Below are positions 6,783 through 16,544 of a stretch of DNA of 32,000 nt, piece by piece (position 1 is the first letter of the stretch; each line of letters begins with the position of its first letter). The position numbers and the translations under genes were made by a program. Under the pieces are notes generated by a model. That model saw only the letters and a list, made by a program, of their open reading frames with translations. It searched no databases and had not been told where the DNA came from. Origin of the DNA: Edaphobacter aggregans (lineage in GTDB: Bacteria; Acidobacteriota; Terriglobia; Terriglobales; Acidobacteriaceae). The stretch is taken from the NCBI RefSeq assembly GCF_003945235.1, contig NZ_RSDW01000001.1, positions 600,001 through 632,000 on the forward strand. Reading direction: 5' to 3'.

Positions 6783-9032
6783 ATGGGTCTAGAAAATCCG
6801 CAGCAGCCGGGGCCGGGCGCTCCTGAAACGAATCCTACCGGGTTCAGCACGACGGTCACTGATACGACGCTGTCTGAGGCGCTGATAACGCTGCGGAAAC
6901 GGCGGTGGATCCTCATCACTTCCGTGGTATTGGGTATCGCCTACGGAGTTTACAAGGCTGAGACGCAGCCGAAGCTATTTGAGGCCTTCGGGCGAATTGA
7001 GGTTCGGTCGGGCTCGTCGAATGAATATCGTGTGAGCGCCGTGCAGGGCTACGCTTCCGATACAGCAGCTTCGAAGATGCTGACCGAGGTTGCGATCCTG
7101 CAGAGCGATTCGTTGATGCTGACGGTCGCGCGCGAAATGGATCTTTCGAATAACCCTGAGTTTCTTGAGGTGAAAGGGCCGGTGTCGCATACGACGCTGG
7201 ACGACGCGGGGGTACGGCAGTCGACAGTGCACCGACTGCAGAGCAATCTACACATCACGCTAGTACCGAAAACGGACATTATCCGAATCAGCTACACCTG
7301 TCTGAGCGCGAAGCTGTCTGCCGACATCGTGAACACGGTCATCGCTACCTATGTTCATCGCAGCTACCAGACGCGGTTCGATTCGACGCAACGGGTATCG
7401 CAGTGGCTCTCCGGGCAACTGGACGATCTGAAGCAGCAGGTGCAGACGTCTCAGGAAAGGATGATGGATCTGCAGCGGCGGCTGGGAATGCTGGGCTTCG
7501 ATCCGTCTCATAATCAGATCAGCACATCGCTGGAGGATCTGTCGAAAGCGGCCGGGGATGCGAGAATCGCGCGGATCGTTGCGGAGTCGCGGTATCGCAT
7601 GTTGGCGGGGATGGACCCTAACACGATGGAGGGGTCGATTGAGACAACGCCGGGAACAGCGCCGGGCGAGCTGAATCTGCTGCGTGGACAGGTTGCCAGC
7701 GCAAAGGCGAACTACGCGCAGATGGAGTCGACGCTGGGGCCGAATCATCCACAGGCGCAGGCGCTGAAGGCTCAGATCGACGAGTTGGAGAAGGAGATTG
7801 ACGCGGAACAGAAGCGTCTGCTGCTACAGGCCAAACAGAACTATGTCGTCGCGCGAACGAATGAAGATCAGACATCAGCGGCTCTAGAGAAGCAGAAGTC
7901 GGACGCTTACAAGTTGCGGGATGATCTGGTGGAGTATACGGTGCGGCAACGGGACTTTGAGTCGAACCGCACCCTCTATGAAGGACTGCTGCAACGACTG
8001 CGTACGGCCGGCGTGCAGGCGGGACTTGAGTCGCTGGAGATAGACGTTGTGGACCAGGCGCTGCCGCCGGCGAGCCCCATGCTTCGGCCTCAGTCGACGA
8101 TCATCATGACGTCGTTCGTGTTTGGTCTGCTGGGCGGTATCGTTCTAGCGTTTTTGATGGAGAGCCTGGATACGGGGCTGCGTAGCGTTGCGGAGATCGA
8201 GAGCATCACGGAGCTGCCGTCGCTGGCTGTTATTCCGCGGTCGCGACGTGCAGGAGTGTCAGAGGCCGCGATGTCGACGGCGCAGCGCAACATCAGTGTG
8301 TTGACGCAGCCGAAGTCTCAGTTTGCCGAGGCTTTCCGTTCCCTACGGACAGCGTTGCTGCTCTCGAGCGCTGGGCACCCGCCGAAGTTCATCCTGTTTA
8401 CCAGCGCTACGCCCTCTGAGGGCAAGACGACGACGGCCAGCAACTTGGCGTGCATTCTGGCGCAACGAGATGCGCGGGTCTTGCTGATCGACGCCGACCT
8501 CCGCCGGCCCAACGTGCACCATCGTTTTGGGTTGAACGGCAAAGTAGGCCTGACAACACTGCTGACCGGCGCCAGCAAGCTGAAAGACACTGTTCAGAAC
8601 ATCCCCAATGTGCCCAATCTGGACATCCTGCCGAGCGGGCCTGTTCCTCCGTTCCCGTCGGAGATGCTCAGCTCGGAGGCGATGGATGCATTCCTGAACC
8701 ACTGCGGTGATCTTTATACGCATATAGTGATCGATTCACCACCGATCCTGTCGGTGACTGATGGAGTCATTTTGGCGCGCAGGGCCGATGCAGTCGTGCT
8801 GGTGATTCGTCACGGCAAGTCGAGCAAGCATGTCGTGCGGCGGGCCCGGGACATGCTGCTACGGTCGGGCGCACCAATTACAGGCATCGTGCTGAATGCA
8901 GTGGATCTGAGTTCACCGGAGTACTACGGGTATTACGGGTACTCGGGATATTCGTATTCAAGCGTGGACTCGGAGAGCTGGGAGTCACAGACGGTCTCGG
9001 CGAGTAGCAACGGCGCAGGTGGGAGAGTCTGA
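6783..9032 (+). CDS. wzc: Polysaccharide co-polymerase / BY-tyrosine autokinase (Wzc/GumC type, PCP-2a)
   Basis: N-terminal Wzz-like domain with a TM segment and a long coiled-coil periplasmic region. Walker A SATPSEGKTT, Walker A' LLIDADLRRP, Walker B HIVIDSPP. Tyr-rich tail PEYYGYYGYSGYSY (nt 8922-8957). Confidence 0.9.
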   Translation: MGLENPQQPGPGAPETNPTGFSTTVTDTTLSEALITLRKRRWILITSVVLGIAYGVYKAETQPKLFEAFGRIEVRSGSSNEYRVSAVQGYASDTAASKMLTEVAILQSDSLMLTVAREMDLSNNPEFLEVKGPVSHTTLDDAGVRQSTVHRLQSNLHITLVPKTDIIRISYTCLSAKLSADIVNTVIATYVHRSYQTRFDSTQRVSQWLSGQLDDLKQQVQTSQERMMDLQRRLGMLGFDPSHNQISTSLEDLSKAAGDARIARIVAESRYRMLAGMDPNTMEGSIETTPGTAPGELNLLRGQVASAKANYAQMESTLGPNHPQAQALKAQIDELEKEIDAEQKRLLLQAKQNYVVARTNEDQTSAALEKQKSDAYKLRDDLVEYTVRQRDFESNRTLYEGLLQRLRTAGVQAGLESLEIDVVDQALPPASPMLRPQSTIIMTSFVFGLLGGIVLAFLMESLDTGLRSVAEIESITELPSLAVIPRSRRAGVSEAAMSTAQRNISVLTQPKSQFAEAFRSLRTALLLSSAGHPPKFILFTSATPSEGKTTTASNLACILAQRDARVLLIDADLRRPNVHHRFGLNGKVGLTTLLTGASKLKDTVQNIPNVPNLDILPSGPVPPFPSEMLSSEAMDAFLNHCGDLYTHIVIDSPPILSVTDGVILARRADAVVLVIRHGKSSKHVVRRARDMLLRSGAPITGIVLNAVDLSSPEYYGYYGYSGYSYSSVDSESWESQTVSASSNGAGGRV

Positions 9033-9037
9033 GCGAG

Positions 9038-10069
9038 ATGAGACAACGGCAGGATCTTCTTTGGGGCGATGAACCGCGGAGTAATTTGCGGAACCGCAGG
9101 GGCTTGGGTTTGGTAACAGCGGCTTCCCTGCTGCTGTTAAGCATACTGTGCGGTTCGGCCGAGGCACAGTTCAGCGGGCCAGCGTTGGGGGCCTCGGTTC
9201 CGGTCAACTTGCCGGTGACGCCGACGACCGATCCGGCGATCCTATATCCGACCGGGCGGGACATTCGTTTGGGAGAGGGTGACCTTCTCACGATTCATCT
9301 TTACGGGGCGCCAGAGTATGCTCCCCCTGTCCGAGTGAGTCTCGACGGATCGATCCAACTGCCTCTTATCGGAGTCGTGCGGGTCGAAGATCTTACGATC
9401 CACCAGGCTGAGAATCTGATTGCGGAGCGCTTGAAGGGCGCGGGGATGTATCGCAGTCCGCAGGTGACCATTCAATTGACGGAGTCGCCGAATCAGAGCG
9501 TCACCGTGACCGGAGAGGTTCATGGAGTCGTTCCTGTACCGGGACAGAAGCGACTGTTCGATGTGCTGGCAGCTACAGGAGGATTGCCCCCTACAGCCAG
9601 TCATACGGTGACGATCAGCCGACCGGGAGTCGCGCAGCCGATTGTGGTCGATCTCGGTTCGGATCCTATGCTGAGTAAGCAGGCCAATGTGCCTGTATTC
9701 GCTCGGGACACGGTGATTGTCTCTCGTGTAGGTGCGGTCTATCTGCTGGGGGCGTTCAAGACACAAGGAGCGATACCGATACAGCAGAACTCACCGCTGA
9801 CGCTGATGCAGGTGGCGGCGATCGGTGGAGGACCGGGATTCGAGGGCAAATACAACGATTTGCGGATCATTCGTATGGCCGGGCTGGATCGCAAGGTGGT
9901 TCACGTTGACATCAAAAAGGTGATCAATGGCAAAGAGCCCGATCCGGTATTGCAGGCCGATGACATTATCTTTCTGCCCACTGATTCAATGAAGGCGGCG
10001 ATCAAGTCGGGAGGGATCTCTACCTTGATGGGCATTGCTTCAATTCTGATTGTCGCCGCTCGCCCATAG
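9038..10069 (+). CDS. wza: Polysaccharide export protein (Wza / Poly_export + SLBB domains)
   Basis: Signal-like N-terminus. Has GEGDLLTIHLYG...LDGSIQLPLIGVVRVEDLTIHQAENLIAERL, the Poly_export signature, followed by SLBB-like repeats. Starts 6 nt after wzc. Confidence 0.85.
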   Translation: MRQRQDLLWGDEPRSNLRNRRGLGLVTAASLLLLSILCGSAEAQFSGPALGASVPVNLPVTPTTDPAILYPTGRDIRLGEGDLLTIHLYGAPEYAPPVRVSLDGSIQLPLIGVVRVEDLTIHQAENLIAERLKGAGMYRSPQVTIQLTESPNQSVTVTGEVHGVVPVPGQKRLFDVLAATGGLPPTASHTVTISRPGVAQPIVVDLGSDPMLSKQANVPVFARDTVIVSRVGAVYLLGAFKTQGAIPIQQNSPLTLMQVAAIGGGPGFEGKYNDLRIIRMAGLDRKVVHVDIKKVINGKEPDPVLQADDIIFLPTDSMKAAIKSGGISTLMGIASILIVAARP

Positions 10070-10122
10070 CGACGGTTGCCTAATATGCCGTACGAACCTG
10101 CTGCCTCGAGAACCGCAATCCT

Positions 10123-11367
10123 ATGGCCTCCCTCCCCTCCGGAACGACGAAGAACAAAGTAAGACTTGCGTATCTGGTGAGCCACCCGATTCAATATCAG
10201 GCGCCGTTATTACGGCGGATAGCGCAGGAGCCTGATATCGATCTGACTGTGTTTTTCGGCTCGGATTTCTCTGTTCGTGCGTATCAGGATGAGGGGTTCG
10301 GGGTAGACGTAAAGTGGGATGTTCCACTGCTGGATGGTTATCGTCACGAATTTCTACCAGTGATCCGAGACAATGGGACGCAAACCGTCACGACGCCTCT
10401 CAATCATGGCATCACGAGCCGGCTTCGCGGATATGGCGGAGCACCACCATTCGATGTGCTCTGGGTCCACGGTTATGCGATGGTAAATGCACTGCATGGA
10501 ATCCTTGCGGCGAAGTTACTGGGGATTCCTGTGCTGCTACGCGGTGATATGTGGCTTCGGGACCGCCCGAGAAGCGGAACAAAACTCGTGCTCAAGAGGT
10601 TTTTCTTTGAGGGCTTGAAAAAACTGGTGGATGGGGTTTTGTCGGTCGGGACGCTGAATGAGGCCTATTGGCGTCACTATCTTGGCGATGATGTTCCGCT
10701 GTTCCTGATGCCATATGCGGTGGACAACGATTCCATTCAGGAACGAAGCGTCGAAGCGCGGGCAGGACGAGACGAGCTAATGCAGGAACTCAATCTGGAT
10801 ACGGGGCGACCTGTCATTCTCTTTGCATCGAAGCTGCAACGCCGAAAGCACTGCAACGATTTATTGGAAGCATATAAACGCCTGGTGATTGACTGGACGG
10901 ATGGTCCGACACCCTATCTGTTGATTGTTGGCGATGGAGAGGAACGAGCAGCGCTGGAAGAGGAGGCAGCACGGAGTGGATTGGATGGCGTTCGATTTTG
11001 CGGTTTTCGCAATCAGTCTGAACTGCCGAGGTTTTTCGACATCTCCACTGTATTTGTGCTGCCGGCCCGTCACGAACCCTGGGGTTTGATTGTGAATGAG
11101 GTGATGAACGCAGGAAGGGCGGTTATCGTCTCCGACGATGTTGGGTGCCAACCAGATTTGATTACGGACGGTGTGGAAGGGTACGTCTACCCGGTTGGCG
11201 ATGTGAATGCACTCACTGAGGCGTTGAGACGCACACTGAATTCTCCCGAAGCTACAGCAGAGATGGGCCGGAGGGCGCTGGAGAAGATCAGGACCTGGAG
11301 CTTTGAAGAGGATGTTTATGCTCTACGTTCTGCGATAGCACAGGTGACTCACAAGATTACGGCGTGA
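10123..11367 (+). CDS. Glycosyltransferase family 4 (Glycos_transf_1), paralog A
   Basis: C-terminal GT-B signature: RHEPWGLIVNEVMNAGRAVIVSDDVGCQPDLITDGVEG (EX7E-type region). Confidence 0.85.
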   Translation: MASLPSGTTKNKVRLAYLVSHPIQYQAPLLRRIAQEPDIDLTVFFGSDFSVRAYQDEGFGVDVKWDVPLLDGYRHEFLPVIRDNGTQTVTTPLNHGITSRLRGYGGAPPFDVLWVHGYAMVNALHGILAAKLLGIPVLLRGDMWLRDRPRSGTKLVLKRFFFEGLKKLVDGVLSVGTLNEAYWRHYLGDDVPLFLMPYAVDNDSIQERSVEARAGRDELMQELNLDTGRPVILFASKLQRRKHCNDLLEAYKRLVIDWTDGPTPYLLIVGDGEERAALEEEAARSGLDGVRFCGFRNQSELPRFFDISTVFVLPARHEPWGLIVNEVMNAGRAVIVSDDVGCQPDLITDGVEGYVYPVGDVNALTEALRRTLNSPEATAEMGRRALEKIRTWSFEEDVYALRSAIAQVTHKITA

Positions 11368-11444
11368 TGAAGCGACATCTCCAAATAGAAAGGAATACGG
11401 GGCCTGAAAATTATCGAGATGCATTGCGAGACCCCTGTTCACGC

Positions 11445-12695
11445 ATGAAACTTCACTCTTCAGAGACGGCGGACGATACGAGAAAGGTGAAGCTCGCTTA
11501 TTTGGTGAGCCATCCGATCCAGTACCAGGCACCTTTGCTACGCCGCATCTCTGAGGAGCCTGACATCGATCTGACGGTTTTTTTTGGATCGAGTTTTTCG
11601 GTTCGGGAGTACACGGACAAGGGGTTTGGCGTTGGAGTGAAGTGGGATGTGTCTCTGTTGCATGGTTATCGTTACGAGTTTTTACCGACGATTCGAGATG
11701 GTCAAAGGACGGGTATGACCTGTCCGATGAACTACGGCATCCTTAGCCGTTTGCGAGGGAACGGCCGCAAACCAAGGTTCGATGCACTTTGGGTGCATGG
11801 GTATTCCACTGTGAATGCGATGCATGCGATCCTGGCTGCGAAGTCGCTGGGGATACCGGTGTTATTGCGGGCGGAGTCGTGGCTGAAGGATCGTAAGCGG
11901 AGTGGGAGGAAGCTCGCGGTGAAGCGGCTCTTCTTCAAGGGATTGGGAGAGCTGGTCGATGGAGCCATGCCAATCGGGACGCTGAATGCAGCGTATTGGC
12001 GGCATTATCTGGGAGATGACTTCCCTCTTTTTCCGTTCCCTTATGCGGTTGACAATGATTATTTTCAACGACGCAGCCGGGAGGCGCGGGATGGGCGTGC
12101 AAAGCTCTTGGAGGAATTGCAGCTGGAGCCTGGGAGGCCGGTGATCCTGTTCGCCTCAAAGTTGCAGAGCCGCAAGCGGTGCGGAGACCTGCTGGAGGCT
12201 TACAGAAACCTTACCATCGGACCGAGTCATAAGGCTCCTCCTTATCTTGTGATTGTGGGGGATGGGCAGGAGCGAGCGGAGTTGGAGAGTCGCGCTAAGG
12301 CAAGCGGTCTGGATGGGGTTCGATTCTGCGGGTTTCGGAACCAGTCAGAGCTGCCGGGATTCTTCGATCTTGCGACGGTGTTTGTTCTGCCGTCGCGGCA
12401 TGAGCCATGGGGCTTGATTGTGAATGAAGTGATGAACGCGGGACGGGCAGTGATCGTGTCGGACGACGTGGGCTGCCAACCGGACCTGGTCACGGATGGA
12501 GTGGAAGGGTGCGTTTTTCGTGCAGGTGATGTTACTTCGCTAACGGATGCGCTGCGAAGAGTGCTGGCGACGCCGGAGACCGCGATGAGGATGGGAGAGC
12601 GAGGGCTCGAGAGGATCAGGACGTGGAGTTTTGAAGAAGATATTCGGGGTGTCAGGCAGGCACTGGCCGAGGTTACACGGAAGATCACAGCATGA
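11445..12695 (+). CDS. Glycosyltransferase family 4, paralog B (tandem duplicate of the preceding gene)
   Basis: Collinear with paralog A from VKLAYLVSHPIQYQAPLLRRI to ...KITA. I prefer ATG 11445 because it gives the same N-terminal length as paralog A and the 11364-11444 stretch has poor third-position GC. Alternative starts are GTG 11364 and ATG 11367, which overlap the upstream stop. Confidence 0.8.
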   Translation: MKLHSSETADDTRKVKLAYLVSHPIQYQAPLLRRISEEPDIDLTVFFGSSFSVREYTDKGFGVGVKWDVSLLHGYRYEFLPTIRDGQRTGMTCPMNYGILSRLRGNGRKPRFDALWVHGYSTVNAMHAILAAKSLGIPVLLRAESWLKDRKRSGRKLAVKRLFFKGLGELVDGAMPIGTLNAAYWRHYLGDDFPLFPFPYAVDNDYFQRRSREARDGRAKLLEELQLEPGRPVILFASKLQSRKRCGDLLEAYRNLTIGPSHKAPPYLVIVGDGQERAELESRAKASGLDGVRFCGFRNQSELPGFFDLATVFVLPSRHEPWGLIVNEVMNAGRAVIVSDDVGCQPDLVTDGVEGCVFRAGDVTSLTDALRRVLATPETAMRMGERGLERIRTWSFEEDIRGVRQALAEVTRKITA

Positions 12696-12770
12696 CGGTG
12701 GGAGTGCCAATGGTGTCAATCAGGGAACGAGGAATCTGCTGCTATGCTCGAGGACGGTAATCAATAGCTG

Positions 12771-13946
12771 ATGCGTATTTTGCACATTATCGCGACGTTA
12801 GACCCTGCGGCGGGCGGTCCAGTCGAGTCGGTGCGGGTGCTGTTGAGCTATGGCCCGATCGGGTATATGGGCGAGGTCGTCACGCTTGACGATCCGGACG
12901 CGCCATTTCTGAAGAACGTCGGGTTTCCGGTGCATGCGCTCGGGCCTACGCGGACCGTCTATGGCTTCAATACCAAGCTGCTGCCGTGGCTGAAGACGAA
13001 CCGGGACCGCTTTGACGGCGTGGTCGTGAATGGGTTGTGGCAGTACTGTGGATTTGCCGCGTGGCGGGCCCTGGCGGGAAATACACCCTATGTCGTGTTC
13101 ACGCACGGGATGCTGGATCCTTACTTCAAGCATGCCTTCCCGATGAAACATATCAAGAAATGGCTGTATTGGATTCCTGTGGAGTACAGGGTTTTACGGG
13201 ATGCCTACCGGGTTCTGTTTACCTCGAAGGCGGAGAAACGACTGGCAGAGCAGAGCTTCCATCTGCACCGCTGGAATCCCTACGTAGTGCCCTATGGCGC
13301 GAGCGGGCCTACGGGTGATCCTGAGTTATTGAAGGAAGCGTTCTTTGAGCGATGTCCCGGGACCAAGGGGAAGCGGTACCTGCTGTTTCTCGGACGCATT
13401 CACCGAAAGAAGGGGTGTGATCTGTTGATCGATGCTTTTGCCAAGATCGCCTCCAAAGACCCAGAGCTTTACCTGGTAGTGGCCGGCCCGGATCAACAGC
13501 AGTGGAGCGAGCGACTACAGCAGACTGCGGCGAGTAAAGGTATCGCCGGGCGCATTTATTGGCCGGGCATGGTGACGGGAGATGCGAAGTGGGGAGCTTT
13601 TTTTGCTTCGGAAGCGTTTATCCTGCCGTCTCACCAGGAGAACTTTGGGATTGCGGTTGCCGAGGCTCTGGCATGCGGCAAGCCGGTGCTGCTGGCCAAC
13701 AAGGTAAACATCGCAGAAGACATCGCCGAAGATGGGGCAGGATTGATGGAAATGGACACCATGGAGGGGACACTGCAGTTGCTGGAACGGTGGATCGCCA
13801 TGTCCCCCATCGAGCGAACCGAGATGGCAGAACGAGCAAGTAGCTGTTACCAACGACGATACGATATGCGAGAAAACGCCAAGGCCATCATCCGGTTGTT
13901 TGAAACTGCTACCGTCACGTCAGAGGTAGCAACACTGACGAAGTGA
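12771..13946 (+). CDS. Glycosyltransferase family 4 (group 1)
   Basis: MRILHIIATLDPAAGGP N-terminus; FLGRIHRKKG, PSHQENFGIAVAEALACGKPVL motifs. Confidence 0.85.
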   Translation: MRILHIIATLDPAAGGPVESVRVLLSYGPIGYMGEVVTLDDPDAPFLKNVGFPVHALGPTRTVYGFNTKLLPWLKTNRDRFDGVVVNGLWQYCGFAAWRALAGNTPYVVFTHGMLDPYFKHAFPMKHIKKWLYWIPVEYRVLRDAYRVLFTSKAEKRLAEQSFHLHRWNPYVVPYGASGPTGDPELLKEAFFERCPGTKGKRYLLFLGRIHRKKGCDLLIDAFAKIASKDPELYLVVAGPDQQQWSERLQQTAASKGIAGRIYWPGMVTGDAKWGAFFASEAFILPSHQENFGIAVAEALACGKPVLLANKVNIAEDIAEDGAGLMEMDTMEGTLQLLERWIAMSPIERTEMAERASSCYQRRYDMRENAKAIIRLFETATVTSEVATLTK

Positions 13947-13956
13947 CAGAGGACAA

Positions 13957-14595
13957 ATGCCAAGGGAGATACATTACAACGCGACTGAGCATATTTCGGA
14001 GGAGACCGCAGCAGACCCATATCTTCGGCCCGCGTTTTCATTGGGCGATCGTCTGAGGCGGCTGGTGTGGAATGCCTGCTGGATCGCGCTGTATCGCATG
14101 TCACCGAGGCCGTTCCATGCGTGGCGATCATGGCTACTGCGCGTTTTTGGAGCAACGATGGGGACTAACTGCCACTTCTATCCTGGATCAAAGGTGTGGG
14201 CACCATGGAACTTGATATGCGCCGATCAGGTAACCGCCGCCGATGGAGCCGAGATTTACAACCCAGCTCCAGTGAGCTTTGGGTCACATGCCATCCTGTC
14301 GCAGGAAGCCTATGTGTGCGGGGCGACACACGACTACGATGATGCGAGATTTCCGCTGATCGCTTTTGCAATGCACATCGGGCCGTATGCGTGGGTTTGC
14401 GCTCGCGCCTCCGTGGCACCTGGAGTGAATCTTGGAGAAGGAGCTGTGCTGGGGCTGGGTTCAGTTGCGACGCGCAGCCTTGATGCCTGGGGCGTTTATG
14501 CGGGAGTACCTGCCCTGAAGATCAAAGACAGACAACGATTCCTCGATGCTATGGACCAAAGAGAAGAGCCGACAGCCCTTCAAACACTTGTTTAA
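13957..14595 (+). CDS. Polysaccharide O-acetyltransferase, WcaF-like (left-handed beta-helix / hexapeptide family)
   Basis: N-terminal block LRRLVWNACW...SPRPFHAWRSWLLRVFGATMG is characteristic of WcaF-type enzymes. Hexapeptide-repeat C-terminus (VAPGVNLGEGAVLGLGSVA). Confidence 0.8.
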   Translation: MPREIHYNATEHISEETAADPYLRPAFSLGDRLRRLVWNACWIALYRMSPRPFHAWRSWLLRVFGATMGTNCHFYPGSKVWAPWNLICADQVTAADGAEIYNPAPVSFGSHAILSQEAYVCGATHDYDDARFPLIAFAMHIGPYAWVCARASVAPGVNLGEGAVLGLGSVATRSLDAWGVYAGVPALKIKDRQRFLDAMDQREEPTALQTLV

Positions 14596-14635
14596 GGGGT
14601 AGGAATCGGCAAGTCTTCAGAAGTCTTAGAGTTTT

Positions 14636-15019
14636 CTAGCCGCGCAACTTTGCTAGGAGGTCCGTAGGGTGGACGGGCTTGGCAAGGATCTCAAACTCGT
14701 GACCCTGCGCGCGGGCTTTCTCAAGAAGGTCGGCCGTCGCAGCCTGCCCGGAGAAGAGCAGGATTTTGCACTTGGGCAGGCGTTGCCGGGTGATGATGGC
14801 GGCCTCTATGCCGGTCATGCCGGTCATAATGACGTCGCTGATGAGCATGTCAGGTTGAAAGCTGTCGAGCGACTCGATAGCCTTCTCGCCACTGAACACT
14901 GCACGGGCTTCAAATCCTGCTTGATTCAGGATGATCGCGAGAGTGTTGGCAATCACCTGTTCGTCGTCCGCTACGAGTACTCTGGGTTTTGACGTGGTGG
15001 TGGACGTTGTATCTGCCAT
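14636..15019 (-). CDS. Single-domain response regulator (CheY-like receiver only)
   Basis: VLVADDE...DMLISDVIMTGMTG...AKP receiver motifs with no output domain. Start at the ATG at 15019 (MADTTS...); the ORF-track start at 15049 adds 10 unlikely residues. Confidence 0.8.
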   Translation of the reverse strand: MADTTSTTTSKPRVLVADDEQVIANTLAIILNQAGFEARAVFSGEKAIESLDSFQPDMLISDVIMTGMTGIEAAIITRQRLPKCKILLFSGQAATADLLEKARAQGHEFEILAKPVHPTDLLAKLRG

Positions 15020-15191
15020 GCTGAAATTCCCCAAAAAGTTAAGAATCAAAAATCAGATGAATTACGGTCAGTGCGGGCCCTGTCGGACTATTTTTGCCTA
15101 CACAGTAATGATACGCTGACCGCAGAGCTTAAGACTGGTAAGTCATCACAATTTCAGCAGATACACCCAATATTGTTACAAGTTGGATCTT

Positions 15192-16544
15192 ATGCAATCT
15201 ACTATCATACGTGCTGAACGAGTCGAAAAATATTATGCACAGCCGAGCGAGAACCGGATCCAGGTAATCTCGCCTACGGACCTCTCGATCAGCGAGGGTG
15301 AGATTGTTGCGCTGCTGGGACCTTCGGGTTCCGGTAAATCGACACTGTTGCGTATGCTTACGGGGCTGTCAACCCCATCGGCAGGCGAAGTGTACTGGCA
15401 CGAGAAACCGATTGCAACCGCAGATGTTAATGTTTCTATTGTGTTTCAGAGTTTTGCCCTGTTTCCCTGGCTTACTGTGTTTGAGAATGTCGAGGCGCCG
15501 CTGAAGGCCCGGGGGATGGATCCTGCGGAGAGACGAAAGCGAGCACTGAAGATCCTGGATACGGTTGGTCTGGATGGATTCCAGGCGGCTTATCCGAAGG
15601 AATTATCGGGTGGAATGCGTCAACGGGTCGGCTTTGCACGGGCGCTGGTGGTCGAGCCGGAGGTCCTGTTCATGGATGAGCCGTTCTCTGCCCTTGACGT
15701 GCTAACGGCTGAGAACCTCCGTAGTGAACTGCTGGAGTTGTGGCAGAAAAAAACGATTCCGACCAAGGCTATTTTTATCGTTACGCACAATATCGAGGAG
15801 GCGGTCCTGCTGGCCGACCGGATCGTTGTGCTGGGAAGAAATCCGGGGCATGTCCGGACGGACTTCAAAGTTGCGCTGCCGCATCCCCGGGACCGCAAGG
15901 GAGCCGCGTTTACTCAGTTGGTCGACTATATCTACAAAGTGCTGACGCAGCCGGATTCGCAGCCGCCAGCGTTGCCATTGACGCCTGCCGGAAAGCCGGT
16001 TCGCGACCAGCGTCAGATGCATTACCAGATGCTGCCTCATGCCAGGCCAGGCGGTATCGCCGGATTGCTTGAGCTGCTGCTGGACCACAATGGCAAAGAT
16101 GATATTTATCGGCTGGCCGACGATTTGGCATTTGAGATTGACGACTTGTTGCCTATTGTCGATGCCGCGCAGTTGCTTGGATTTCTGAAGGTGACCGAAG
16201 GTGATGCCGCGATTACACCGACGGGCGCCGAGTATGCGAACTCGGAGATTCTGCGGCAGAAAGAGCTGTTTCGAACAGCAGCGGTGGAGAATGTTCTGCT
16301 GCTGCGGCAGATTGTGCGGGCGATTGAAGCCAAGAGCGACAGAAGCGTTCCCGAAGAGTTCTTTCACGACATGCTGGATGAGCAGTTCAGCGAAGACGAG
16401 ACGCAGCGACAGATGGAGACGGCGATCAACTGGGGTCGTTATGCGGAGTTGTTTGATTTCGATGCATCGCGCAGGAGGTTCATCCAGCCGGAGAAGCTGC
16501 ATCACGATACCGACGCAGGTGTGACGCCGGGAGTTGAGGCGTGA
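15192..16544 (+). CDS. ABC transporter ATP-binding protein (NitT/TauT-like) with a C-terminal AAA-associated domain
   Basis: Walker A GPSGSGKST, signature LSGGMRQR, Walker B LFMDEP. A roughly 200-aa C-terminal extension (LLELLLDHNGKDDIYRLADDL...WGRYAELF) resembles the Pfam AAA_assoc_C type. Confidence 0.85.
   Translation: MQSTIIRAERVEKYYAQPSENRIQVISPTDLSISEGEIVALLGPSGSGKSTLLRMLTGLSTPSAGEVYWHEKPIATADVNVSIVFQSFALFPWLTVFENVEAPLKARGMDPAERRKRALKILDTVGLDGFQAAYPKELSGGMRQRVGFARALVVEPEVLFMDEPFSALDVLTAENLRSELLELWQKKTIPTKAIFIVTHNIEEAVLLADRIVVLGRNPGHVRTDFKVALPHPRDRKGAAFTQLVDYIYKVLTQPDSQPPALPLTPAGKPVRDQRQMHYQMLPHARPGGIAGLLELLLDHNGKDDIYRLADDLAFEIDDLLPIVDAAQLLGFLKVTEGDAAITPTGAEYANSEILRQKELFRTAAVENVLLLRQIVRAIEAKSDRSVPEEFFHDMLDEQFSEDETQRQMETAINWGRYAELFDFDASRRRFIQPEKLHHDTDAGVTPGVEA

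Noticed and set aside
15702-16505. 267-aa minus-strand ORF inside the ABC ATPase gene, and a similar 223-aa ORF at 20312-20983 opposite purQ
   Set aside because: Both are codon-aligned antisense to well-supported genes and lack motifs. Rejected as ghost ORFs.
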